Shown one piece after another: positions 36,525 to 53,814 of a stretch of 64,000 bases of DNA. Origin of the DNA: Macrostomum hystrix (lineage: Eukaryota > Animalia > Platyhelminthes); contig CATNEN010000007.1 of NCBI GenBank assembly GCA_950097015.1, forward strand, positions 7,378,001-7,442,000, read 5' to 3'. Made by a program: the position numbers and the translations under genes. Below the pieces are notes generated by a model. The model did not search any database, was not told the DNA's origin, and saw only the letters and a list, made by a program, of their open reading frames with translations. Within the stretch, counting starts at the first letter, position 1; every line of letters starts with the position of its first letter.

Positions 36525-38130
36525 GTGTTGAGAGGGTTTCGGTACAACTCTTCGAAAAAAATACGAAATCGCTCAAGCGGTGCCCGGCTCGTATTTCTTT
36601 TCTGTTGCATAATCTGGTTAGTAACGTCAGTGAAAATCTTTTTATTTATGTGCCACAAGCCTAACTTAGAATTCAGCGGCAGTTGGAAGAATATTCAGCG
36701 TCAGAGTTTGACACAAATTCAAATAGCCCAAAACTTAACAGTAAAAGACTGTTCGAGTAATGCAACCTACGATGAGCGTCTCCTTTCGGAGAAGCAACTG
36801 ATAGAGTGGCGCGAAAGTGAATCGTCTTTCTGTTTAAATCGCATATCTGTCGTTCCATCCGGGTTTGCACGATTAAAAAACGTAGTCTTCGATCCACACA
36901 GAGCCAGCGGTCGACCCGGAGGAGAAGATATAGCACAGGTATGAACTTGTACTCCATGCATATATAATAGATCGTGTAGAATTCGTACCTTATCAAACAC
37001 CTCAAATGGTTTTCCTGTATTTCAGTTATATATTCCTTTTAGGTGATTAATCAAGCCGAGAGCAATGAGTATTGGATGTTTGAATCAGGGGCTTTTCGCG
37101 TCCTCTGCCTGATAAGTCTCCAGATACGGAACTCCTGAGCTTCGTGCAGCGAGTCAGCAACGTAAACTCGCATTTAAACACGCACTACTTTGCCAGTGCA
37201 GTTACAGCAAGCTCGCAACAGCTCGGAAGCCTATTAAAGCAAGTCACTTCCTCAGGAAAAGAGGAGCAACAAGTTCAAAGCACAAAGGTGTTGGCCATAA
37301 CCAGATATGAATATGCTAATTTGAATCACACTGTTACATACTTCTATAACATTTTCACAAACATCGACGTTGGCATCGACTTGTCAAACATTACAATTCT
37401 TTGGACTGACGGTCATCCTTGGGGCGTGCTCGATCAAGCTGGGCAGACTTTATTTTCGCGCGTCGTTCGCATCGGCCAGTTAAAAAGTGTTCAGCTAATT
37501 GACGATCTGGTGCTGGTCATGATGGGCTACGACTCGCCAATGTTCAGCAACGCAGAGCATCTGGCAATGCCGGAACAGTTTCGCCAATTTGTTCTAGAGC
37601 GGCACGGCATCGCATGCGGCTCGCAGGCCATCTCGGAAGAGAAGCGGGACCCGAACTGCACGGGAAGCCAGGTTCCAATCATCTGGCGGCACGACTATGT
37701 GGCGCATCCTCGCAACCCTCTGGGCAATCTGCAGCGCAAAATTGCCAACGAGGCCGAAGTGCTGCAAGAACTGGCTGCCACATTTCCCCAGCTCCAGCTC
37801 CGGGTAGTTGGCGAAGTTCTGGAGAACCGGACGTTTCGCGAGCAGCTGCAGCTCATTGTGGACATCCGGGTGCTCATCGGCATGCACGGCGCCGGACTGT
37901 CGCACGCCATGTTCCTACCTAAGCGGGCCGGCCTCATTGAACTATTTCCAAAGTATGGCAACCTGGACAATGTGCACTTTCTCAGCATGTCCCGCTGGCG
38001 CGGCCTGGCCTACGAGCGGTGGATAAACTCCATTGACGAGAATGAGCTGCCGGGATTCAGGACCGTGATCCCAAAGGGCCTGGTCAGCCAGCTGCTGGGC
38101 AATGTGCTCAGAAACCTGGGCTGTCTTTAA
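36525..38130 (+). pseudogene. Glycosyltransferase family 61 (EOGT/xylosyltransferase-like) type II membrane protein with an apparent frameshift
   Basis: Exons are ~36525-36938 (TM segment LVFLFCCIIWLV) and 37043-38130. Motifs include RYEYANLNHT, WRHDYVAHPRNP, RKIANE and VLIGMHGAGLSHAMFLP. One nucleotide is missing at ~37108-37110, and there is no ATG before the TM segment in this exon. It could be an intact gene with a sequencing error. Confidence 0.7.
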
Positions 38131-38728
38131 ACTAATCTATTAAGATTTGGAACGAATTTTGACATCCTCTCTAAGTTATTCACTGCGATATCTATTTTTT
38201 CAGAACTTTAATTCATAGGAAAGTGCTTGCTGGTTTTATTAATATTTTGCCTGATGAGATTTTACTGAGATTTTTTCTGACTGTAGGAAAATTTGAAAAT
38301 CAGCAACCACTTTGTATTAGAATTCAAATCGAGATTACATGAAAGCCTCTTTACTTTCTAAAAGTACTAGCCATTTTTGGCGTCATATTTTTCTATTTTT
38401 AGAGCACGAGCTGCAATGTGAAGCTATTGCCGCATTTTTATGCTTCAGCTTTGCCCTTTTCTAGAATGTCTAGAATGTTACTAATAAAGGGCTGTTGCTG
38501 TAGACCCATCTATCAGATTGAAAAGCTGAATTCAACAATCGTTAGACACTGCCAGATTTTAACCTATCAATTCAGCTCTTTAAGTTTACAACTATTACTC
38601 AAATCATTGTTCTCGCTTGCCTTTTATCGTATCGCGCACCATAAATTACTTTCGTCGTAACGTGCAGCCAGCGGTTGCTTGACCAGCTCGGGGTAGACGG
38701 AACCCCACGACACAACTGAGATCTAATG

Positions 38729-39240
38729 AGGGAATCCAACAGTTCCACTCTAAAGGATGAGGAGGGAATCCAACAGTTCCACGCTGAAGTATCAGGAGGG
38801 AATCCAACAGTTCCACACTGAAGGTTCAGAAGGGAATCCAACAGTTCCACCCTGAAGGACCAGATGGGAATCCAACAGTTCCACCCTGAAGGACCAGATG
38901 GGAATCCAACAGTTCCACGCTGAAGTATCAGGAGGGAATCCAACAGTTCCACACTGAAGTATCAGGATGGAATCCAACAGTTCCATTCTAAAGGATGAGG
39001 AGGGAATCCAACAGTTCCACGCTGAAGTATCAGCAGGGAATCCAACAGTTCCACACTGAAGTATCAGGAGGGAATCCAACAGTTCCACACTGAAGGTTCA
39101 GAAGGGAATTCAACAGTTCCACACTGAAGGTTCAGAAGGGAATCCAACAGTTCCACACTGAAGGTTCAGAAGGGAATCCAACAGTTCCACACTGAAGGTT
39201 CAGAAGGGAATCCAACAGTTCCACACTGAAGGATCAGAGG
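38729..39240 (+). repeat. 34-bp minisatellite (GGGAATCCAACAGTTCCACACTGAAGGTTCAGAA)
   Basis: Tandem array with a conserved left half and a variable right half. Confidence 0.95.
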
Positions 39241-40997
39241 AAATTTGATCAGAGAATTATAAATCGATTAGGACCGCTGGTTGCACGCCAAATAATCTAG
39301 ACTTGAGTCCGCTTTCGTTACAGTTTTCGCGCTGTAGAAAAACCATAATATTCGTTGTAATTTATTCAAGACACCGATGTTTGTGTCTATCTGGTCCACA
39401 ATTTAATACTTCTAACAAGGTAATTAAGATTCACAATGTCTTAATCTTTGTTTTCTACCATACTTCTGTCAGAGCAGGCTGCATGAGTACAAGGAATGGC
39501 AGCCATGGCAGGGACACTGAGAGAGACGCGCGGAGGAACCGGTATTTGCCCGTTCCGTTAAACCAAGTCAACTGAAATTCGCCCTACAAACAGCTGGGCG
39601 AAGCAATTGCCATTCATGTGGGAGGAAAGATATATTCAAAGGGCAAAGGCATATACGACGGGAAATTAGAAGCAATGGTCGAAGAGGAGACTCAGAAAGA
39701 GACAAATCAAAATAGTATTATTCTCTTTCCTCTACCTGTCTCTCTATCGCCCCTCTGTTTTCCTATCTGCTTCCCGGCCAGAATTCCCAAAGTTTCCCAG
39801 GTCCAATTAGCAACCGAGAGTGCATTCGGGATGGCGAAGTACAGTTCGCATTGTTTGTTTAAAATAATAAGCAGACGGCAAAACAGCAACAGTTTCGATG
39901 GCTGAGCCAGCGGAAGGTACGCTGAAGGTCTTTCTAAATTCATCGGCAATGGGGCCGGGGTTTCCCCGGTAGGGTGGCTGGAGCAAATGCTATTTATAGC
40001 AGCGGAGGGAAAGAGCTCAAGGTCGCTGAGACCATCGCATTGTATACAGCAGAGTTTCTGTCGCTAATGCACTCTAAAAAAGTAAGCCTCTGACAAGGTC
40101 CTACTGATGTATGATGTATGATGGGGCCGTACGTTTACATTTTACTTGCTGAAGGGCAAGTTTGAGCATGACTCATGGTTACTCACGATTACTTAAATCC
40201 CCTAAGCTACGACTGGGGTTACTAAAATTAATTCTGAATGAATTTAATCTTCAATCAGTAACTGAAAGTACTAGTAGGTAAGGAAAACAAAAAAGGCGCC
40301 AATTTATTTGAATTTTTAATTTTGGGAACAAAAACATCAAGATCGGTATCGCTTTCTTTGTTGTCTGTTGCTTTAACTGCAGTCTGTTGCTTAAAAATGC
40401 TGTTAGGGTGCTGAAATTTAATACTTCAACTAACACAATATATACATGTACAACTCTAGTACCAATATTTCAGCAATGCGCCACGTTGTTGTAATGTTAT
40501 TCATCGAACATGCTGCTGATTGAAATAAGTTACGTTATTTAAAAACTCAATCAAAATAATGTAAGCGAATTTCAGCTAGCAGCAGATGTATGTATTAGAC
40601 ATGATCGCAAACAAGCAAACGATCTTGAACATGTGCATGTAGGTGCAATTTTAGAGTTGAGAGAGGGCGAAGGGCGAAGAGAGACGGCATTAGACGGCGA
40701 AGTATAAAAGACTATCTATTAAGCGCAAGACATTTATATAAGGGTTTTAAACAGTAAAGAAAAAAGAAAGGCAGTTTGAGACTACAAAAATTGCCAACAA
40801 TTTGTTAAACACTATCCATCTGCCGCAAATACGAACTAGCTATTTTCGAGGAACTGAATCGACAGAATTTTAAATCTGGGGCCTTTCTCTTTAGGACTTA
40901 AATTAAATTATTAAAATAAACGCGTTCTCTTCATAACTATTAGCGATAGCCCTCTGTTATAAGCCCTCGATAACACAAAATATTTAATAGTTTTTAG

Positions 40998-44658
<3,661 letters not shown>

Positions 44659-44770
44659 TCCTCGGTTCGATAATCAGCTGCTGCTTCAATTTGCACCTGA
44701 TACCCAGCTTACAAACTGCCACTCACTTTTTCGTGTATTTTTAAAACTATCATTTGTCAAGAAGTGTAAC

Positions 44771-45712
44771 GATTCCCAATCCAAAGATTTCCCGATTCAA
44801 TGATTTCCCAATTCAAAGATTTCCCAATTCAAAGATTTCCCAATTGAAAGATTTCCCAATTCAATGATTTCCCAATTCAAAGATTTCCCAATTCAAAGAT
44901 TTCCCAATTCAATGATTTCCCAATTCAATGATTTCCCAATTCAAAGATTTCCCAATTCAATGATTTCCTAATTCAAAGATTTCCCAATTCAATGATTTCC
45001 CAATTCAAAGATTTCCCAATTCAAAGATTTCCCAATTCAAAGATTTCCCAATTTAAAGATTTCCCAATTCAAAGATTTCCCAATTCAAAGATTTCCCAAT
45101 TTAAAGATTTCCCAATTCAAAGATTTCCCAATTCAAAGATTTCCCAATTCAAAGATTTCCCAATTCAATGATTTCCCAATTCAAAGATTTCCCAATTCAA
45201 AGATTTCCCAATTCAAAGATTTCCCAATTCAATGATTTCCTAATTCAAAGATTTCCCAATTCAAAGATTTCCCAATTTAAAGATTTCCCAATTCAAAGAT
45301 TTCCCAATTCAAAGATTTCCCAATTTAAAGATTTCCCAATTCAAAGATTTCCCAATTCAAAGATTTCCCAATTCAATGATTTCCCAATTCAAAGATTTCC
45401 CAATTCAAAGATTTCCCAATTCAAAGATTTCCCAATTCAAAGATTTCCCAATTCAAAGATTTCCCAATTCAATGATTTCCCAATTCAAAGATTTCCTAAT
45501 TTAATGATTTCCCAATTCAAAGATTTCCCAATTCAAAGATTTCCCAATTCATTGATTTCCCAATTCAAAGATTTCCCAATTCAAAGATTTCCCAATTCAA
45601 AGATTTCTTAATTCAATGATTTCCCAATTCAAAGATTTCCCAATTCATTGATTTCCCAATTCAAAGATTTCCCAATTCAATGATTTCCCAATTCAAAGAT
45701 TTCCCGATTCAA
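44771..45712 (+). repeat. 16-bp minisatellite (TTCCCAATTCAAAGAT)
   Basis: Tandem array downstream of Rab11. Confidence 0.95.
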
Positions 45713-46813
45713 TAGTTTTCCAAGTCACATAATTCCAAAGTCAACCATTTCCAAATTTAAAAAGTTTCTAGAACTAGAAAAACCCAAAAGCAGGTATTTC
45801 AACCTTTTTCTTTGTACTGGTACCAACCTATTCTTCAGTAACACGAGTATATTTTAGATGTCACATGCGTGCAATCCTGCCCTGTGTGTGCCGTCGCTGC
45901 TGCTGCTGCTGCTGCTGTTCCAAAGCATCTAAAACATTTTTTAGTTTTTTTTCACCTCTCACTGTCTATTTTATTCTGAAACCAGAGCGTCTGGTTTTGC
46001 TCAAAGTTCAATTTTAGGATTGGGTTATTATCAGTAGAGGACACGGACTATCAAATCGCCTTTTGCCTATCCTACTACTGTCAGCAAGGCGGGTCCTACT
46101 GTGCTAAATAAAACTGTGATTTGGGAACACTTTTATTTTTTAAAACCTACTTTAACGCATGCTTCACACATTCATTTTCTTAACGAAATGTTACCCTTAT
46201 TATTTCCTACCTTTTACCCTCATTTTTTATGCAAGATATATTTGTATATTTTGTTTATTCAGTTATTATCTCCTACGTTAAGGCTGTGTTAAGTTTTAAC
46301 CATTGTTGCAACGAATTGTTACATAACTTACATTCGACTTCAGCTGGATTTGGTGTTCAATGGAAACTTTTTTTAAAGAACTCGAACAAAAGTTTTTCTG
46401 CTTTGCTTTATTTTACTCGTAGTTGCGGACTGAACAGCAAAGAACTTACTTCACTCCTTATCTTGTACCTTTGTGTCGGCGTGATCTGCAATGCCAAAAA
46501 GACTTTGCAGCCTTTCACTGCTGTAGTAAACTAACAAAATAAAAAAGAACATGTTCTTTTGTTTTGCAATTCTTTCTTTTTTGTGAAGATGTGCGATATT
46601 AAAGTTTAATTATATTGAGCAAGACAGTTCCCAATTAATTCAGTTCATCTAGCGATAAAATAGGAAAAATTAGGGCAGAAATTTGTGTGGGTCTGGCGCC
46701 TGCCATCCCCCTGTCCATGGACTGCACAGCTGTACGCAGACTTTGAAAAATCGTTACGGCTGTGTTATTTGATAAACTTTGCATCTGTGGCATCAATTTC
46801 CCTGACCTTCAAG

Positions 46814-47434
46814 AGTTACAGAGCGCAGTCCAGGAGCGAGGCTGGGCAGCAGGAGCAGCAGCAGCGGCACGGCTCCGTCACCGACTCCGGCAGTCCGGGC
46901 AGTCCCAGCCAGCAGAAGCGCCGCGCGCATTCGCAGTCCGAGCAGCGCCGGCGCAACTCGATCAAAGTCGCCTACGCTGAGCTGGCCGCCCTGACCGGCT
47001 GCCCGGACCAGTCGGTGCCGGCCGTCCCGCCCGCCGATGCGGCTGGCCACCGTCCCAGCCGGGCGGCAGTCCTGCAGGCGGCCATCGGGCGAATCGAGTC
47101 GCTGGTCAGGCAGCGCGATCAGCGCGACCGTCAGCTGTCGGCTCTGCGCAAGCAGGCCGAGGCTGCGCGAATCATCAACTCGGGCTACAAACGACGCCGG
47201 CGCAGTCTGGCCGGTGATAGCGACGCGGCTGCCGCCAAGTTGGCCGTCTTTCGTCACGTGGTTGACTCCCTGGCCGCCTCGTTCGCCGAGCTGGTGGACG
47301 TCTCGGCTGGCTGCGACCGCCTGCTTGACGGCGTGCTGGACTGGCTGCAGACTCGCTGCTCGGCTGCTCAGCTGGCCTATTTGGGCGAGGAGGCATTGTC
47401 GAGGCACTTGCCAGCGAGTTCGCCGAGATCTTGA
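46814..47434 (+). CDS. Divergent Mlx-like bHLH-Zip paralogue; start not identified
   Basis: It has the basic region KRRAHSQSEQRRRNSIKVAYAEL, helix 2 SRAAVLQAAI, a zipper, and DCD-like KLAVFRHVVDSLAASF...VLDWLQTRC. A polyA signal (AATAAA) lies at ~47500. Confidence 0.8.
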   Translation, partial: SYRAQSRSEAGQQEQQQRHGSVTDSGSPGSPSQQKRRAHSQSEQRRRNSIKVAYAELAALTGCPDQSVPAVPPADAAGHRPSRAAVLQAAIGRIESLVRQRDQRDRQLSALRKQAEAARIINSGYKRRRRSLAGDSDAAAAKLAVFRHVVDSLAASFAELVDVSAGCDRLLDGVLDWLQTRCSAAQLAYLGEEALSRHLPASSPRS

Positions 47435-50400
47435 CCTTCGCGTCCAGTTTTATTTTGATAGAATGAGTCAGTATTTTGGTCAAGTTCTAAATAAGTTATA
47501 AATAAATCGTTACTTTTTATGTGGGCTTCCAATTGATGATTTTTGTACTGCAGCTGTTAGATTTTACATCATAGTTTTTTAAATACAAAATTAGCAAAAT
47601 GCAAAAGAATTTCTTCTTTTATTCACTGCTGGTGCTGTTTTATTCGCTTGAGCTTTTCATGCACTCGTTTATGTATGAACGTCAACTGCTTTCAGCCTTT
47701 CAATTCGTTGTTTAATAATCATTATACCATTGAAAGCTAATTAGTAAACAGAGTACATAAAATCCCAATTCGCTTTTTTGTATTCCAGTTTTGCAATAAA
47801 GAGCTAGGCAATTCAGTACTGCTCAATTTTTGTCATTAGACACAAAACCTCTTGTGTAGTTTATTTGTTTTATTTGTGAATTATCTTGTGTATGATTTAA
47901 AACGCACATAATATTTGACTTTTGGTGCAATAAAATCGGTTCTAAGAAGGAAGATTAATATTGCTTAATTTCGGAAAAAAATATTTTACAGTCTTCTTTT
48001 CTGCACAAAAATGTATGTGGAGCTTATCATTATTTCTTATTTAAGATCTAGGCGCGTCGATATATGTTTTCTTAAGTAGCATTAAGTAGCATAATACTAA
48101 TTTTTACTGAGAAGAATGCAGTACTATAGGATAACCAAAAAATAATGTGCTATTGTACACAGTACATTTAAATTACTTCATAATATGTATGAAAAGACTA
48201 AGTTCTGTTTTCTGGGTTAAGTATACAATTCAATCACCAATTATTTTTGTTTTATTTGTTATTATTATCAGCTCTAGGGTACAGACCTAGGAAAAATTTA
48301 TATAGACAACTTAAAAATTAACTTTGCCGATCAAACTTCTATATAATAACAGTCATAGCATTTTAAACAAAATGCAGAATCCAGAAAAAAATAAATCATA
48401 TCGTGCTTTTTAGTGTAGAAAGTATCTGCACTAAAGGACCTTTCAGGATTTATAGCTATTCTTAAAAAAGTATAAAGAAAAAATATGAGGGACTTTGACT
48501 TAGCTTTATACAAGATCCAAAAAACTTTCAATGTCTTTTTTATAAGTTTTTCAGTTTTTTCTTTACACCAAGGCTGTCATCAGTTTCAGCAAGCAAGCAT
48601 TTTAAGATGAAAATCTAGACATTTTTCTAACTCGCTAATTTTTTTCAACTCGCCGCGAAAATCTCCACGAAAGCCTGTATTAGGAAATAATTCTCTGAGA
48701 ATCATAAGTTTTGAATATAATTCGTCCCTCCTTTTGAATGCTCCCTCAATATGTACATGCGAGCTATGAAAATATTGCATTGAGGTTGAGATCACAGTGA
48801 GATTCAGAAAACCAATCATGTGCACACAATGAATATTAGTGGATAGCCAGTGAACAGCAAGTAACGGAAATATCGTGCATTACAGTAAAATAGGGAGACA
48901 AATTCGTCAGTGAGTTTTCGTCAACTCCCATCTTAGGTTTTAGTGGAAACTTCGTCAACGGCAGCAAACTCCTGTGAAAAGTTCGACAACCATTTCGACG
49001 AAAATATTTTTGACGATAACTCCATAAGCCGTGTTACATCCTGCTGCACTGCTAGTGCTAGTGGTCTTTAAGTTATTTTTTGAGCTTCACTTTTTGCCCT
49101 TTAAATCCTAAAGCTAAAATTTAAATCCGATTTTTTAGAATTATCGCTTCACAAATTAAACAAAATTCATAGCTAGCAGTATGTGATGGAAGAAACATAT
49201 TCTAAAAATGACCCCATAATATAAATTATTAACCGTTTACAATCCTTTGTTGAAAAACGCTGAAAAGTTAAGTACATGTATAATTTAATGAATTTAATTT
49301 TTATGTCGTTAATGCATATATGGAAGTTTAAACGGTCCGGAGACTGGATCCAAACTTATTACACGTAACCTAATCATTAAAGAATACTCTTGTAGTTAGC
49401 ATCATTTAGTAGTTAGTGTATTAAAATAATTTTATGCATTTTAACCATTAAATGTGGTATTTAACCCACAACGTAGTATATTTCTCTGACACATTAACAA
49501 GATAATAATTTATGCTTTCATTGGTTGGTATGAACTGTGGAAGAGCTAGCCACAGGTTAAAAAGTATAGTTTGTGTTAGGATTTATAGTAGAAGCATCAC
49601 TCATTGTTTTGATCATTTACTGCGGCCTCTGAACTCAAGTGTTGGAGTTTATGGGTCTTCTTTGTGCTGCTGTAATTGTAAGTAATTATTTATTTATTAA
49701 TACCTTAAAAACTTAATATGAAAATAAACACTTGTCAATTATAAAGTTAATAAATGTATCTATTCACAATCTCTGTTGCCAAAATAGACCTAGTAAATCG
49801 TGTTGTATTATACTTTATGCAGTACCACCTACAGAGATTGCCAAAAAAGTAGTCAGTCATTCAGCCTCTTCATATCAGCAGGCTCAATTGCCTGAAAGTG
49901 TTGAGTGCAACCTCTGGCAAAAATAATTCTGCCCAATGACTTCAGAGCAGCATTGGAAGTGTAAAACTCATTTCCAATAAGAATATTGATTCCTCTGGTC
50001 AACATAAAATTCTGGTAGAGTGTAGCTTGAATGCAAAACAAGATGGCTAGAGTGAAGTGTTTACCATCCTTGTTGTGAAGGGTATCATAAAAGTATAGCA
50101 GAAAATTGTTGATATCAACAGGCATTGCAATTGTCAAATCAAACCTGCAGTATGTCAGTGTCAAAGTTGTAGATTGAATCTGGCTTGCTATGTCAACAAA
50201 AACGATGACTAGTGCGAGTCATTACATTGACTTTAAACTTAGGCTGGCCATCAGAGGATGTTCTAGTCTTGACAATCTCTCTAGGATAAGTGATACCAGA
50301 ACCATAGTACTTTACCAAAACTCAAGTGCCAACCTGGAAGTTAACATTTAAGCAGTTCAAATGTCCTCAACATTAGTAGCACTATTCCCCATGATAGGGT

Positions 50401-51711
50401 CTTCTCTGGCTGTTGAAAAAGTTGCACAAATAGCAGTTGTAACACCACTTAATATGAACCACTGATGGTCCTTCTTTATACCAGGAAAATCAGATATCAA
50501 AGTACATCATGCCATTGTTGCTCAACCTCCTGCATGCCAATGAAGTCGCACAAAAATGTTGCAGGTTCTGGCTGTCTCAAAAACTCATGTACATTGTTTG
50601 ACGCAAATTCATGTGTAGCCAAACATAGAGCTTGAGTGTCCCACCTAGACTTAGTGTGCAGTGGCAATGGCAAAAAAAATTTTATGGCATGAACTGCAGG
50701 TGAAACTTGTTGCACAGTAATGATGCCATCTTAAACATGAAGCAGTTTTTAATTAAGAAGCTGGCCCATTGCTCCAAATGTGAAAATACATGCCTGGAGT
50801 TAGGCCTAAGAATTCTGTAAAAGTTGCTGTAGAAACATGCAAAGATTCGAAAGTATGAGTTAGGTGCTCTGGCTGGTGTATAATAAATAATGAATCATAT
50901 GGTGGGATATAATATAACAACAGTGTGCAATTGTCACAAAAGGCAGGCCTGCATGCATAGCTTACTGTCAGGCCAAGAGTACATGACAGCAGTTTTATAA
51001 TAGGAAAAACTGGAACAGCTAACTACCAAAAAGGAGAAAACTAGATATAGGGTTGCAGGAAGGTGCATATTTGTATATTATACAAGACTGAGTAAAGCAA
51101 TTCGCATTCACCATATGCACTTCTTCAGGCCAATGACGCTGGCATATGCCTATGAATTTGGTAACTGTCTGAAAGTTAGGTATATGAGGTACATAATATT
51201 TTGAATTTTGCAAAGGCAGAAAGAGTAACAATCTGAAGACAGCATATTGTGTAGTGCCTGAATCTGGCTTCGAAGGGCATTGGTCCATCTCTTGATCTTG
51301 AAATCGTCATTTGTCCAGGCTGGTAGGGAAAAGAGCAAAATGAGTAGGTTGCTCTTTATGCAGGCCAAATGGATTGACAAATTATATTCTAATATTAAAT
51401 ATCCCTAATTGACTAGCAGACAAAATGGCTAATACCGTGACCAGTTTAGTATATTTTTTCTCATGAAAAATACATTGAGTTTGTCAGGGTATTAATTTCG
51501 GAGTATATTTTTTTAATAAAGTTTTAAATGACAATTATTTTATATCGCAAATTAACAAAAAACTACACATAGTGACTCAGTGAGACATAACCAATGCTCT
51601 CTTCCATAAATATTTAGGCCTTTTCTCACATCCGCATCATATATCAGCATCATAAAAGCTTACTCCATACCATATCCTTCCCCTGACATCTCAGACTCCA
51701 CCAGCATCCGA

Positions 51712-53233
51712 ATGCCCTCCTTGTCGCCCACAATGTCCGAGGGCACAATTGTGAAGTGGCACAAGGCTGAAGGTGAAGCTGTACGACCTGGCGATGTTCT
51801 GTGCGATATCCAAACTGACAAGGCCGTCGTATCCTTTGAATTCGAGGATGACGGCGTCCTTGCCTGCGTGCTTCGCGCAGATGGCTCGTCTGGCTCCGTT
51901 GGTGACGTCATCGCCGTCATGGCCGACCCTGGCGAAGACTGGCGCGCTGTGGCCGCCGAAGCTGCCAAGTCACCACCAGCACCGTGCCCCGCCGAGAAAT
52001 CGAAGATGCCTGCACAGCCCGTGGCAGCGTCTCCTGACCCGACATCTTCAGCACCCTCGCCATCAAGATCATCTTCCCCGCCTCGCCGCGTTGGCCCGGC
52101 GGCGCAGCTGCTCCTGCGGCTGCATCACCTGGCCGCTAGCGACCTGCGCGCCTCGGGCCCGCACGGCACCCTGCTGAAGTCCGACGTTGTTGCCTACGTC
52201 AAGTCCGCTCCGCCAGCCGCTGCCGCCGCCACCGTTGCGCCTGCCCTTCCTCAGGCGGCTCCCGTGGTTAAGCCCGCCACCCCAGTGTCCGGTCCCACCG
52301 TCAGCCGTCCGGCGATGTCACCGCTGGAGCCTCGCACGCCGCCAGGCTACTTGGACCACCCGGTGGCGCCCGGCCTGCGCGACTGGGCAGCCCTCCAGAC
52401 GGCAATCAAGTCGACTGTGCCGCACGCCTACGCCACTGTCGCCTGCCGCCCGCGCCTGCCGGCGTCTATGAAAATTGCAGCTTCGACGAAAGGCGTCAAT
52501 GGCGTTGCCGCCTCGCCGATAGTTGCCTTGGCCGTGCGCGCCCTAGCCAGTGCATTGTCCTCTGCCAGCAATGGTGGCGGCGACCCAGTGAACATCGGTG
52601 TGCTTCTGCTGGCTGCCCAGTCGCTGCCTCGCCTGATCCGGCTGCCGCGCGCTCAGGCGCTGGGCCTGGCTGAGATCTCCAAACGGCTGGCCGCTGCCGA
52701 AGGCTCCGCCGACAACAGCTCTGGCCCGCTGGGAGCCATGTGAGTTGGGGCCCAACTGATCGGAGTCCAGTTTTGTTGATTGGCTGATAAGGAGTAGGCT
52801 CAGCGCTATCCCTGCAAACACAAGACAATTTTTAATGCGCTTGGTCAGGCATTTGAGAGTAAAATAGGATACTCGTATATCATTTCACCTGAACTCTTCC
52901 CGCCCACACAGCGTGTGCGACCTGTCCGTCCACGGCGCCGTGCAGTTCGCCCACCTTCCCTTGCACCCGGAGGCTCCTCTCCTGCTGACTGTCGGCCAGC
53001 AGTCGTCATCGTCGCCACCATCGGTGCGTCTGGGGCTCACCGTCGACTCGCGCAGATTCGACCACGCCGAAGCGGCCGCTTTGCTCGGCACCCTCGCCGC
53101 TGGCATTGAGAATCCCCTACTGGGACTGTCCGGCGGCGGCTTCATCGACAAGTCGCCCGCCGCTTCGACAGCACCGAGTGCGGGCGTCGGCATTGTTGGC
53201 TCCGACCTGCTACAGCTGGGACTGGACGATTGA
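51712..53233 (+). CDS. PDHX: Pyruvate dehydrogenase protein X (E3-binding protein)-like; 5' targeting exon not found
   Basis: Exons are (51695)51712-52739 and 52912-53233 (phase 2). It has one lipoyl domain (MPSLSPTMSEG...IQTDKA), a PSBD (GPAAQLLL...ASGPHGTLLKSDV), and a C-terminal DSR in place of the catalytic DHR, followed by ENP. Confidence 0.85.
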
Positions 53234-53814
53234 CACTCGTTTTTTCATCTATCAAAAATGATCAGTATAGAGCCCTAGCGTTTTTGTCCAGGAAGGAAAA
53301 AGTGTGTAATGATTAAACTTTACACTACCTGGGAATCTGTTCTATAAAATACTTGCTCCTACAAGTAACTAGGAATTTCGTAATTAAAAGACTAAAACTG
53401 ATTGAATCCGTAAATTAGAAATTAATAGCAAAATGGTTTTCTCTGTCTCTCATTTATCAGTTATTATTAGAATTTTCTCACTCGCGTCTGCCTACTTAAA
53501 AGTAGTGTTTTAGAATTTTATTAATGCTTTAGAAATCTAACTTGTCTGAAGACTGTCGCCACTGCATCGTATCACAATTCAGAAATGTTCTCTTGGCCTC
53601 TGTAACTTTAGTCCCTTTGTGCTCGTCTCGAAACTGGTTATCTGCACACAGATAGTTATATGCGACCAGAAATAAATAAAAATAACTATAAAACACACAT
53701 TTTACTATGCCATTAGATGACTGTTTTCACTAAAAAATCCGATGATATTTGAATATCCGGTTTATTTTGCGTCACAAATATTCGCTCCTTCCTTTCCTTC
53801 TCACTTAACATACT

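Noticed and set aside
38729-39240. CRISPR-like look: constant GGGAATCCAACAGTTCC followed by variable segments
   Set aside because: The variable parts are short and homologous to each other, there are no cas genes, and the context is eukaryotic. It is a minisatellite.
46717-46731. Micro-exon MDCTA as the start of the Mlx paralogue
   Set aside because: The donor is weak and the sequence lies within a motif repeated at 5132 and 26572.
47500-51600. Short ORFs in the AT-rich region
   Set aside because: They have no recognisable motifs and lack the GC-rich codon usage of most real exons here.
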